From: a bacterium
GTDB lineage: Bacteria > Actinomycetota > Acidimicrobiia > Acidimicrobiales > Bin134
DNA: 64,000 nt
Direction of reading: 5' to 3'
Assembly: GCA_026708015.1 (NCBI GenBank)
Contig: JAPOVT010000048.1
Span: 132,112-196,111, forward strand
The notes beneath the pieces were generated by a model. It saw only the letters and a list, made by a program, of their open reading frames with translations, was not told the DNA's origin and did no database searches. How positions within the stretch are numbered: the stretch's first letter is position 1; each line of letters opens with the position of its first letter. The position numbers and the translations under genes are program-made. Below, in pieces: positions 39,256 through 47,695 of this stretch.

Positions 39256-42200
39256 CTCTCTCTCTCTCTCTCTCTCTCTCGGGAACATGGCGGAGACGGT
39301 CTTGACGGAGGAAAGGATGCGGGGGTCCTCATAGAGCCAGAGTTTGGTGAACGGGCGGTAGAGCACTTCGCGGATGCGGGACTCGTCGAAAACGATCTCC
39401 TCGTTCTTGCGGAGCGACTGCTTGAGGGTGTCGGTCCACTTGATCGAGTCGAGTTCAACGTTTTCGGTGACATCAGCCAGGGACTCGCCCAATTCGTAGA
39501 GCATTCGAGCCTCTTCGTAGGAGTCGATGAGTTGCTCCACGCGACGGATCAGCTCTTGTCTGCTGAACGAGTAGACGTAGACGTCGCAGTTCGTCGCTAG
39601 CCCCAAGGCATGGTCCTTGATTGCGGTGTCTTCTCTTCGGCCTCTGGAACCGATTGCACAAACCGACACCAGTTCGCTGAAGGTTCCGTCGGTGAGGTTT
39701 ACCCAGTCGTGGCCCTGGTTGATGGGGACGGTCTGGAACTGGTCGCTGGTCACATTGTCGAGGGTGGCGAGCCAGTCGAGCTTCTGAGGGAGCTTGCTGT
39801 ATTCGGGAACTGTTGCGTAGTGCAGGGTGGCTGGCTCGTTTGGGTCTTTTTCGGGGTTGCGGACGAGCACGGTGATCTGTACGCCGTTGCGGGAGCCAGC
39901 GCCAAAGATCTTGTCGCCCTCACGCCTGAACTCATCGCCCGATTTCATGGCGTCGCCCAGCAGGTTGACTACGTAGATGTCGGTGAATTCGTCGCGCAGT
40001 GAGGCCCTCATACCGGCGAGCGATGTGCCGTTGGACAGTGAGTTGGGGTGGATGAAGGCCAACACCTTGCCGGAGTCTTGCTGGCTGACTGCATTGGCCA
40101 ATCGGTCGGAGGCCCATCGGATGGCCTCCACGTAGAGATTGCCAGAGGACTTGCCGGCACCGCGCCCGGTGATCTGCTTGTGCCGCTTTCCGTAGGTGTC
40201 GCGTACGCGTTCTTCGATATGGCCGTATTCAAGGTTGGGGTTGTCGTCGCCAGCGGACTTTTGGCCGGCGGACCAAGGAGGATTGCCCACGATCACTTGG
40301 ATTGGCGCCTTGTTCTGGCGCTTGGCTCGGTCGGAGTTCTCGGCCATGTATTGGTCGAGGCCGAGCTGTTGGTGCATTTTCTCGTCGTCCATGAGAAACG
40401 TGTCGGTGAGCACGATGCCTTCGAACGGCGTGTAGCCGTGGACGCCATCGAACGCGCCTCTCTCGTCGGCAGCTTCTTCGATTTTCAGGGCGGCGATGTA
40501 GTAGGCGAGCAAGACGATCTCGTTGGCGTGCAGTTCGGTGGTGTATTTGCGGAGCAGATCATCGCTGCGGATCAGGTACTCGCCGTTGGCGCCCTTCAAG
40601 GTGAGCAAGCGGTTGATGAAGGTGCCGGTGCCGGTGAAGGGGTCGAGCACGTGAACATCTTCGGCGGTGAGGCCTTTTCCGAATTCTTGGCGGCACACCG
40701 CGTCTACAGAGCGCAGCACGAAGTCGACCAATTCCACGGGTGTGTACACGATGCCGAGCCGCTTCACGGTGGCGGCCATGGCCGCTTGGAAAAAGCCGTC
40801 GTACACCTCGCGAAGAACGTCGAGTTTCTGGGCGCCGGTAAGCGCGCCCTCGAAGGCATCGGCCATGCGGGCGTAAGCCCGAGTGAGGGGTCGTCGCTCG
40901 TGCTCAAAGGCGATGTTTTTGGCGGCGAATTCGTCCAGGAGCCGGTTGATCTGCTGCGAGACGGGGTTTTGGGTGGCGAATTGCGACCGCTCGAAGAAGG
41001 CGTCGAAGACCGGGATGGTCACAACGTGTTGAGCCACCATCTCTTGGGCATCGGCATCGGTGATCTGCGGACCTACCGTGCGCCGCATTGAGGTGGTGAA
41101 TCGGTCGAATGCGGTGGCGAGTTCGGGGAACTCCAGCAGCACTGCCTGCACTCGTCGCTGGACCTTCACACAAACGTCAGCGGCCATCTTTCCCCAGTGG
41201 GGCCACATCTGGCGGTCGCCGCAGACGTCTACCAGCTTGGAGGCGATCTTGTCGTCGAGGGCCATCTGAAGCTGGACGGCCTCGCCCACGCCTGTGCTGG
41301 TCTCGGTTTCGTCGTCGGCCTCCGGGGGGCTTGTGCTCTTGGTGCGATCGAGTACTCGTATGGGAGCCTTCTGCTTGGCCACCTCGACGTTGTTTACCCA
41401 AAAGTTGACTCGCTCGTCGTGCGACCGCAGCGCCCGGACTACGTCCCACACCACTTTGAAGTCGCTGCCGTTCAACACCGACTCAGAGGAAATGGTCTCG
41501 TCATCGGCCACGACCACCGGAATGACCACGTAGCCGCGTCTTTTGCCGGGCGCGGTTCGCATCGCTCGACCCACCGCCTGGGTGATGTCGATCTTGGAGG
41601 TGCGCCGGTCCAAGAAGATGACGGCATCGAGAGCGGGCACATCAACGCCTTCGGTGAGGACTCGGGCATTCGTCACCACTCGGCACAGGCGGGGGTCGGC
41701 GTTCGGGTCGCTGCGGTGGTCTCTGAGGGCGCTGATGTGCATGTGGCGGGTGACAGCCGCGGTGGAGCCGTCAACGTGCTGCACGTCGAGCTGGAGGTAC
41801 TCGCGGCCGCGGTCTTCCTCTCCCACGTTCTCGACCACCTTCGGCCACATCTCGGCGGTGAGCTGCGACGCCTTGACCCTGTTGGTGAAGGCGATGGCAG
41901 TGCGCGCGTGGGTGTCGTTGGCCATGTCGATCTGTCCGGTGTGGCGGTTGCCGCCCGCGCTGACCGTAAGCGGGTCGGCTAGGGCATCCCAGCAGCCGGC
42001 CAGTTTCACGTAGTCGTCGAAGGCGAGTCCCGTATCGGCGTGGCTTATCTCGGAGTCGGACTCGTAGGTGCGGCGCAGGTCGCGGTCGGAAACCGCGATG
42101 ACCACCACCTCGTAATCCGAAAGCCAGCCGCTGTCGACAGCCTCTGCGAACTCCATGTTGTAGAGCACGGGGCCGTACACCGTCTCGTCGTCCATCGAGA

Positions 42201-43401
42201 AGCTGTCGACTTCATTGGCCTCGGCCTTCTGCTTGGCCTTCTCGGTGAACACCCGTGGAGTGGCGGTCATATAGAGCCGGCGGTGCCCCCTCACATGGTT
42301 GTTGTCGTGAACCATACGGAAACCGGATTTGTCTTCGCCGGTGTTCTGTTCGAACTTGGCGGATTCGACGCCGGTTGTGCGATGGGCTTCATCGCAGATG
42401 ATGAGATCGAATTCAGCGGCGCCCTGCTCTTGGTTCTCTGCGACCTTGGGGAGGGATTGGTAGGTGCAGAACACCACGGCCATGACTTCGGGATCGGCAA
42501 GACGATCGAGTTCTGGGCGGAGCCTGGCGGAATCGGTGGTTACCGGCATGGCCAGCTCGGTGAGGTCGTCGGCAAGGTCGGCCTTCTTGGCGGAGCGGCG
42601 ACCAGAAGTGGGATCGGAGCAAACCCCGAGATAGCGGTGGCGGAGCGACTTCTGCGCGGCCCACTCGCGCATCGTCTGACCCATCAGGGCAATCGAGGGC
42701 ACCACACACAGCACCCGCCCGCCTTTGCCGGCCAGCTTCTCGGCGATCCACAGCGCCACCACTGACTTGCCGGTGCCACAGGGCAGGACCATCTGGCCCC
42801 GGCTGTCGGAATTGTTGAGGCCTTCTACAACCGCCCGCACAGCATCGTGTTGATAGGGGCGCGGCGCGTATCTTTTCGCATTGAATTCGAGGGCCCCAGG
42901 CCGGTCGAGGAAGTCCTCCCAGCGAACATCCCAACCGTTGATGGTGCTCCGGTCGAGCACTTCGCAGCGCGGCGTGGCCTTCTCGATCTTTCGCCAAGCG
43001 TTGTCGGTCAGTCCGCCGGTGGCCACCAGCAGACGGGCGGAAAAGTCGTCGGTGCCCGACTCCGCCAAGAACGAGTCCACCGCGCTGGTGGGAACCGTGG
43101 AGGTGTCCTCGTACGCCTTGCACTGGATAGCGCACAGCCCGCCGCCGAAGTCGTCGCTCTGCTCGGCAACCAGATCGATGCCGCAATCTGGGCCGAACCC
43201 CCTTTTGCGGCGATCGGGCCACTCCGACCAGCGCCAAACCTTCTCGAAGCGAGTCTCCCCGTACTCCCCAGGGTGCTTTTGCAGCGCCTCGGCTATCAGG
43301 CGCTCAAACAATTGACCCCGAAGCTGGGGCTTGTCTGGCCCCCGCTCCTTCAAAAGGGTGATTACATCCCGATGGCTACCTGGGGGGGGGGGGGGGGTCA
43401 T
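39124..43401 (-). CDS. Type ISP-like restriction-modification enzyme (Mrr-like nuclease, SF2 helicase-like ATPase, gamma-class N6-adenine methyltransferase), truncated before the C-terminal domain
   Basis: PD-(D/E)xK-like GIDLVAE..AIQCK. Helicase motifs PCGTGKS, DEAH (IICDEAHRTTG), TATP and QAVGRAMR. Methylase motifs DPFTGTGTF and NPPW (VGNPPWSAGQ). The start was chosen at ATG 43401 (MTPPPPPGSHRD). Confidence 0.88.
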   Translation of the reverse strand: MTPPPPPGSHRDVITLLKERGPDKPQLRGQLFERLIAEALQKHPGEYGETRFEKVWRWSEWPDRRKRGFGPDCGIDLVAEQSDDFGGGLCAIQCKAYEDTSTVPTSAVDSFLAESGTDDFSARLLVATGGLTDNAWRKIEKATPRCEVLDRSTINGWDVRWEDFLDRPGALEFNAKRYAPRPYQHDAVRAVVEGLNNSDSRGQMVLPCGTGKSVVALWIAEKLAGKGGRVLCVVPSIALMGQTMREWAAQKSLRHRYLGVCSDPTSGRRSAKKADLADDLTELAMPVTTDSARLRPELDRLADPEVMAVVFCTYQSLPKVAENQEQGAAEFDLIICDEAHRTTGVESAKFEQNTGEDKSGFRMVHDNNHVRGHRRLYMTATPRVFTEKAKQKAEANEVDSFSMDDETVYGPVLYNMEFAEAVDSGWLSDYEVVVIAVSDRDLRRTYESDSEISHADTGLAFDDYVKLAGCWDALADPLTVSAGGNRHTGQIDMANDTHARTAIAFTNRVKASQLTAEMWPKVVENVGEEDRGREYLQLDVQHVDGSTAAVTRHMHISALRDHRSDPNADPRLCRVVTNARVLTEGVDVPALDAVIFLDRRTSKIDITQAVGRAMRTAPGKRRGYVVIPVVVADDETISSESVLNGSDFKVVWDVVRALRSHDERVNFWVNNVEVAKQKAPIRVLDRTKSTSPPEADDETETSTGVGEAVQLQMALDDKIASKLVDVCGDRQMWPHWGKMAADVCVKVQRRVQAVLLEFPELATAFDRFTTSMRRTVGPQITDADAQEMVAQHVVTIPVFDAFFERSQFATQNPVSQQINRLLDEFAAKNIAFEHERRPLTRAYARMADAFEGALTGAQKLDVLREVYDGFFQAAMAATVKRLGIVYTPVELVDFVLRSVDAVCRQEFGKGLTAEDVHVLDPFTGTGTFINRLLTLKGANGEYLIRSDDLLRKYTTELHANEIVLLAYYIAALKIEEAADERGAFDGVHGYTPFEGIVLTDTFLMDDEKMHQQLGLDQYMAENSDRAKRQNKAPIQVIVGNPPWSAGQKSAGDDNPNLEYGHIEERVRDTYGKRHKQITGRGAGKSSGNLYVEAIRWASDRLANAVSQQDSGKVLAFIHPNSLSNGTSLAGMRASLRDEFTDIYVVNLLGDAMKSGDEFRREGDKIFGAGSRNGVQITVLVRNPEKDPNEPATLHYATVPEYSKLPQKLDWLATLDNVTSDQFQTVPINQGHDWVNLTDGTFSELVSVCAIGSRGRREDTAIKDHALGLATNCDVYVYSFSRQELIRRVEQLIDSYEEARMLYELGESLADVTENVELDSIKWTDTLKQSLRKNEEIVFDESRIREVLYRPFTKLWLYEDPRILSSVKTVSAMFPRERERERENTILIASPNNRAIFGAIASNCPMDLSANGTNQPTRAVPRRRQS
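39255..39280 (-). repeat. (GA)13 dinucleotide microsatellite inside the Type ISP CDS, encoding RERERERE
   Basis: Thirteen consecutive TC units counted on the plus strand from 39255 to 39280, immediately 5' of module 1. Confidence 0.95.
43382..43397 (-). repeat. C16 homopolymer (G16 on the plus strand) in codons 2-7 of the Type ISP gene
   Basis: Sixteen G counted from 43382 to 43397. The minus strand reads ATG ACC CCC CCC CCC CCC CCA. Confidence 0.9.
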
Positions 43402-43557
43402 TGCCGAGACATGGTAGTCAGAAGCGTCATATTGCTCTGAATTGCTAGCCGGGAGTTGGCACGAACCTGAACGAAGGCGCAAGGCGCAGGTCAACCCGCT
43501 ACCGCCTCTAAAGCGTTGCCCCTCCGCCGGGATAGGGGAGTACACTGGCCGCTGCTT

Positions 43558-43632
43558 TCGGGAGTGGTGTAATTGGCAACACACCGGGTTCTGGTCCCGA
43601 TATTGGGGGTTCGAGTCCTCCCTCCCGAGCCA
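43558..43632 (+). tRNA. tRNA-Gln (anticodon CUG)
   Basis: Manual cloverleaf. Acceptor TCGGGAG/CTCCCGA (U1:A72) with discriminator G73 and encoded CCA. D stem GTGT/ACAC. Anticodon stem CCGGG/CCCGA (one mismatch) with loop TTCTGGT. T arm GGGGG-TTCGAGT-CCTCC. Confidence 0.85.
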
Positions 43633-43659
43633 GCCGAATGTGATTGAAGTCGTCGACCT

Positions 43660-44799
43660 TCAAACGCCCCAGATGTGGAACAGGTCGGGGGTGGCGAACC
43701 AGTGGCGGGTGCGGCCGGGGGTGGAGGTCGGTACGTCGATGGGGGACAGGATGGCGCGGGAGGCGAGCGCAGACAGGGCGGTGCGGGCGCTGCGCTCGCT
43801 GGTGCCGAGCAGATCGGCGACGTCGCCTGCACTCAACAGCGGGTGGGCGGGCAGATAGGAGAGCAGCGCTCGTGCCGAGTGGTCGGCTCGCAGATCGGCG
43901 ACTGCCTCTTCCCATTGAGCTAGTAGCGCGCTGGTTTGATCGATGATCTGGTGGGTGGTGGAAGCAGCCCTTTGAGCGGTTTCGGCGAACCACTTGACCC
44001 ACGGTTCGAGGGTTCCCTGTTCGTAGAGTCGGAGGCCGGATAGGTAGCCGCCGGGGTCACGGACGATGGCCATGCTGACGGGGACGGTGGATCGAACGGT
44101 GGTCTCTCGCCGTCGCAGGGTTCGGCTGATCAGCGCCCGTCCGAGGCGACCGTTGCCGTCGCCGTAGGGGTGGATGGCCTCGAACTGGGCGTGGATCACC
44201 GCCGCGTGGGAGACCGGGTCGAGGTCTTCGGGGGTGGCGTTGGCGAAGGCGATCAGGTCGTCGATCAGCCGCGGTATCTCCGCGGGCGGCGGGGGGACGT
44301 AGGCCGCGTCGAGAGGGGAGCTGCCGCCCACCCAGCCCATCGCGGGGCGGAACACTCCGACCATGTCGGGGGGAAGATTCCCATGCTGCATGAGCTGTCG
44401 ATGCCATCGGTGCAGCGCGTCGACGGTCAGTGGCTCATGGGCGGTTTCCAAAGCCCGGTCGATCACTACCAGGTTGGCGGCCACCCAGCCCGCGGTGCCG
44501 CCCGCGCTGGTTCGCTCCGCAATCAGCACGGATTCGATGGGCTCGCGCAGCCCCTCGATGCCCGAGGATGCCACTCCCTCGTTGCGCAGTAGGAGCCTGG
44601 CCATAGCTTCCCAACGGTCGGGCAGCCGGGCGTCGGCGAGCCGCAAGGCAGCGCAGGCCCGCTCGCTGGCCCGTGCAGCAGAGGCGGACAGCTCCATGGG
44701 GCGCTCTCGAAGAAGAGCCGGGACCCACGCTTGGACCGGTCGGCCATTCCAGTCGATCTCAACCGAAAATCCCGAATAGCCTTCCGAATCTGCGGCCAT
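43660..44799 (-). CDS. Fic family protein (AMPylase-type) with an N-terminal inhibitory motif and a C-terminal wHTH-like tail
   Basis: Fic motif HPYGDGNGRLGR. SSGIEG matches the (S/T)xxxE(G/N) auto-inhibition motif. The stop lies 28 nt from the tRNA-Gln 3' end. Confidence 0.88.
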   Translation of the reverse strand: MAADSEGYSGFSVEIDWNGRPVQAWVPALLRERPMELSASAARASERACAALRLADARLPDRWEAMARLLLRNEGVASSGIEGLREPIESVLIAERTSAGGTAGWVAANLVVIDRALETAHEPLTVDALHRWHRQLMQHGNLPPDMVGVFRPAMGWVGGSSPLDAAYVPPPPAEIPRLIDDLIAFANATPEDLDPVSHAAVIHAQFEAIHPYGDGNGRLGRALISRTLRRRETTVRSTVPVSMAIVRDPGGYLSGLRLYEQGTLEPWVKWFAETAQRAASTTHQIIDQTSALLAQWEEAVADLRADHSARALLSYLPAHPLLSAGDVADLLGTSERSARTALSALASRAILSPIDVPTSTPGRTRHWFATPDLFHIWGV

Positions 44800-44872
44800 T
44801 TCGGAAGACTACCATTCTAACCTTCCGAAACAGAGTTGGTTTCGGAAGGTTTATTGCATATCTTTCCGAAAC
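44781..44872. promoter_or_regulatory. Cluster of TTCCGAAA inverted repeats over and upstream of the fic start (operator candidates)
   Basis: CTTCCGAA-11nt-TTCGGAAG (44781-44807) spans the ATG at 44799. CCTTCCGAAAC-7nt-GTTTCGGAAGG (44821-44849) is perfect. An extra half-site CTTTCCGAAAC lies at 44862-44872. The region is AT-rich. Confidence 0.5.
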
Positions 44873-44994
44873 TAGTTTCCCAAAAGGGCCGCACAGGCAT
44901 GCTGACTGCATTTCGTTCCGCATCTCATTCCGCTTGAGTCACCACAGCGCTTGTCGCGGCGATGTTCTCAATTGGAGTCCCGACTCAGTAACCT

Positions 44995-45366
44995 CTGTGC
45001 ATCCTGATCTCGTTTGATATCGACGGCACGTTGGAGTGCGGTGATCCGCCGGGGCCGATTTTGCTGGAGGCGATGCGGCAGGCCAAGGCCAGGGGATATG
45101 TGATCGGCAGCGGCTCCGACCGGGTGCGCTCCGACCAGCAGCGACTGTGGGACATCCACGGAATCGACGTGGACTTTGTGGGGGGCAAGCACCACTTGGA
45201 CGAGGTGCGGAGTCAGTTCGAGGCCAGCCGCTACATCCACATCGGCGATACCGATGTCGACCGGTACTACGCCGAGGCGGCCGGGTTCGAGTTCCTGCAT
45301 GTGGAGGAGCTGAATGGCGTATCCAACGCGCTGGCCGGCGCTGATTTCTTCGACTGGCTGGGTTAG
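44995..45366 (+). CDS. Small HAD-superfamily hydrolase-like protein
   Basis: HAD motif I FDIDGTL lies upstream of the listed TTG 45031. The frame is open from 44992. There is no canonical ATG/GTG, so the start is uncertain (CTG 44995/45004 or TTG 45031). Motif IGDTDVD near the C-terminus. Confidence 0.55.
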   Translation: MCILISFDIDGTLECGDPPGPILLEAMRQAKARGYVIGSGSDRVRSDQQRLWDIHGIDVDFVGGKHHLDEVRSQFEASRYIHIGDTDVDRYYAEAAGFEFLHVEELNGVSNALAGADFFDWLG

Positions 45367-46499
45367 CGCTTGAGCTGACGCAAGTCGGCTAAGGCCTCCT
45401 TGAGGGCGTCGGCCGCGGCGACCACGTCTTCGTCCACCGTTGACCAGCCCACCGACAGGCGCAGTGAGTGGTGGGCATCCACGCCCATGGCCTCGAGCAC
45501 AGGCGATGGCTCCAGCGACTCCGAAGCGCACGAGCTGCCGGAGTGAGCGGCCACCCCGGCCCGGTCCAGGGCGATCAGCACGGCCTGGGGCTCCACATCG
45601 GCGATGCCCAGACACACCAAGTGGGGCAGGCGCTGGGTTGCGTGGCCATACAGCGCGACACCTTCAATGCTCTGAGCCGAGTCGCGCAGCTTGTCCGATT
45701 GCGTTTGGGCCCGGCTGGCCTCCTGCTCCAAGCCGCCGTCCTGGAGCACCCCGCAGGCGGCGGCGAAACCGGCGATGGCCGCGCCGTTTTCCAGACCGGC
45801 CCGGCGGGCTCGCTCCTGGTCGCCGCCTTCCAAGAGCGGCACTAGGCGCAGGCCGCGGCGCACCAGCAAGGCTCCGATGCCCGGCGGGCCCCCAAACTTG
45901 TGGGCGCTGATCGACATCAAGTCGGCGCCGGTCTCGGCAAAGTCGATGGGAACCCGGCTCGCGGCTGCGGCGGCGTCCACATGGATGAGCACTTCCGGCG
46001 ACCGCTCACGGCAAGCCGCCGCTACCTCGGCCACCGGCTGCACCGTTCCCACCTCGTGGTTGGCCCACTGGCAGTGGACGGCGGCGGTGTCGGGCCCGAT
46101 GGCCGCGGCCATCTCGGCGGGGTCCACCCGCCCGGTGCTGTCCACTCCCACCACGGTGGCCCGGTGGTCGCTCGCTTCCAGCCGCTCGACCGACAGCCGC
46201 ACGGCAGAGTGCTCCACCGCGCTGAGCACCTGGTGGGTTCCCCGGTACGATGCCCCCCGCACCGCGGCGGCGATCGACTCGGTAGCTCCGCTGGTGAACA
46301 CCACTTCCCGCGATCGGGCGCCGAAGCAGTCGGCCACCTTCTGGCGGGCCTGCTCGATCTCATAGCGGGCTGCGATCGCCTCGGCATGCATCCGGGAGGG
46401 GTCGCCGTGGCTGGCGGCCCACCACTGGTTCATGGCCGACAGGGCCTCGGGCCGAATAGGCGACGTGGACGCGTGGTCGAGATAGTGGCGTCCGGTCAT
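45363..46499 (-). CDS. Cysteine desulfurase (class V aminotransferase, NifS/IscS-like)
   Basis: YLDHASTSP, PLP-lysine context ISAHKFGGPPGIG, and active-site region HSGSSCAS. Confidence 0.88.
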   Translation of the reverse strand: MTGRHYLDHASTSPIRPEALSAMNQWWAASHGDPSRMHAEAIAARYEIEQARQKVADCFGARSREVVFTSGATESIAAAVRGASYRGTHQVLSAVEHSAVRLSVERLEASDHRATVVGVDSTGRVDPAEMAAAIGPDTAAVHCQWANHEVGTVQPVAEVAAACRERSPEVLIHVDAAAAASRVPIDFAETGADLMSISAHKFGGPPGIGALLVRRGLRLVPLLEGGDQERARRAGLENGAAIAGFAAACGVLQDGGLEQEASRAQTQSDKLRDSAQSIEGVALYGHATQRLPHLVCLGIADVEPQAVLIALDRAGVAAHSGSSCASESLEPSPVLEAMGVDAHHSLRLSVGWSTVDEDVVAAADALKEALADLRQLKR

Positions 46500-46572
46500 G
46501 GCACTGAAAGGGTCATAGCGCTGGGTTGGTCACGGCACAGGGATTTCTGAGTCGATGCCGTAATCTACCGGC

Positions 46573-47415
46573 ATGGCTCCCGCAGGCGACACCCCCGCCC
46601 CGCCGCGCCGGACCATCCCGTTCGCCAACCCGGAGTCCACCACCAGAGTGTTGCTGATCGCCTCGGGCAAAGGCGGCGTGGGCAAGTCGTCGGTCACGGT
46701 CAACTTGGGGGTCGCCTTGGCCGCCGCCGGGCATCGCACTGCGGTGGTGGATGCCGACGTGTGGGGCTTCTCCGTTCCTCGGATGCTGGGCATCGACCAA
46801 GAACCGCAAATGGTGGGCGAGATGATCGTGCCGCCCGAGGCCCACGGCGTGCGGTGCATTTCCATGGGGTTCTTCGCCGAAGAAGACCAAGCGGTGATCT
46901 GGCGGGGGCCCATGCTGCACAAGGCGCTGGAGCAGTTTCTCACCGACGTGGCCTGGGACGATCCCGACTTCCTGCTGGTGGACCTGCCTCCGGGCACCGG
47001 GGACATATCCATCTCCCTGGCTCAGTTCCTGCCCCGCTCCGAGGTCTACGTGGTCACTACTCCCCAGCCGGCCGCCCAGCGGGTGGCTCAGCGGGCCGCG
47101 TTCATGGCCGAGAAGGTGAACCTCACCGTGCGAGGGGTGATCGAGAACATGAGCTGGTTCACCGGTGACGACGGCAAGCGGTACGAGCTGTTCGGCGCCG
47201 GAGGAGGCCAAGAGCTGGCCGACCGGCTCGAAGTGCCGCTGATCGGGCAGGTGCCGCTGATTCCCGCCCTTCGGGAGGGTGCTGATAGCGGCCGGCCCAT
47301 CGCCGCCGAGGCTCCAGATTCCGAAGCCGGCCAGTCCTTTGCCGCCATGGCCGCCCATCTGGTGGGCAACCCGCCGCCCCGGCGCATCTACAGCCCAGAG
47401 CTGAAGATCAATTAG
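46573..47415 (+). CDS. Mrp/NBP35 family iron-sulfur cluster carrier ATPase
   Basis: Deviant Walker A IASGKGGVGKSSVTVNL and the motif DLPPGTGD. Confidence 0.88.
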   Translation: MAPAGDTPAPPRRTIPFANPESTTRVLLIASGKGGVGKSSVTVNLGVALAAAGHRTAVVDADVWGFSVPRMLGIDQEPQMVGEMIVPPEAHGVRCISMGFFAEEDQAVIWRGPMLHKALEQFLTDVAWDDPDFLLVDLPPGTGDISISLAQFLPRSEVYVVTTPQPAAQRVAQRAAFMAEKVNLTVRGVIENMSWFTGDDGKRYELFGAGGGQELADRLEVPLIGQVPLIPALREGADSGRPIAAEAPDSEAGQSFAAMAAHLVGNPPPRRIYSPELKIN

Positions 47416-47438
47416 ATCCAATTCAAGGAGAGCAATCA

Positions 47439-47669
47439 ATGCATGTTCGAATCGGCGTCATCCGCAGCCAGAAGGAGATCGAGGTGGAGCTGGACCCCGA
47501 CTCCGAGATAGAGACAGTGAAGAAAGCCATCACCGCGGGCCTGGCGTCGGGCGAAATGCTGTGGCTCACCGACCACCGGGGCCGCGAGGTGGGCGTCCCG
47601 GCCTCAAGCGTGGCCTACGTGGAGCTCGACCCCTCAGCCTCCGGTCGATCCATCGGCTTCGGGAGCTAG
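47439..47669 (+). CDS. DUF3107 family protein
   Basis: 76 aa: MHVRIGVIRSQKEIEVELD...LWLTDHRGREVGVP..VAYVELD. This is a typical small actinobacterial protein. Confidence 0.75.
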   Translation: MHVRIGVIRSQKEIEVELDPDSEIETVKKAITAGLASGEMLWLTDHRGREVGVPASSVAYVELDPSASGRSIGFGS

Positions 47670-47695
47670 TCGATTCCCAGCCCTAAACTTGCCCA

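Noticed and set aside
38646-39473. The 275-aa ORF as an ordinary stand-alone gene.
   Set aside because: It is the +1 frame of the end of the Type ISP gene plus the module array. It is Pro/Ser/Gly-rich and only its last ~40 codons (module 5) look protein-like. I treat it as an alternative frame of the RM locus, not as an independent gene.
43402-43584. A 61-codon N-terminal extension of the Type ISP ORF (MCCQLHHSRK...).
   Set aside because: It runs antisense through tRNA-Gln (43558..43632) and its likely promoter, and is Cys/Arg/Ser-rich. The ATG at 43401, followed by a recognisable Mrr-like domain, is a far better start.
44880-45000. A direct repeat of the tRNA-Gln 3' end as an att site bounding a Fic island.
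   Set aside because: I found only a trivial match (GAGTCC) and no convincing repeat by eye. Island boundaries therefore remain undefined.
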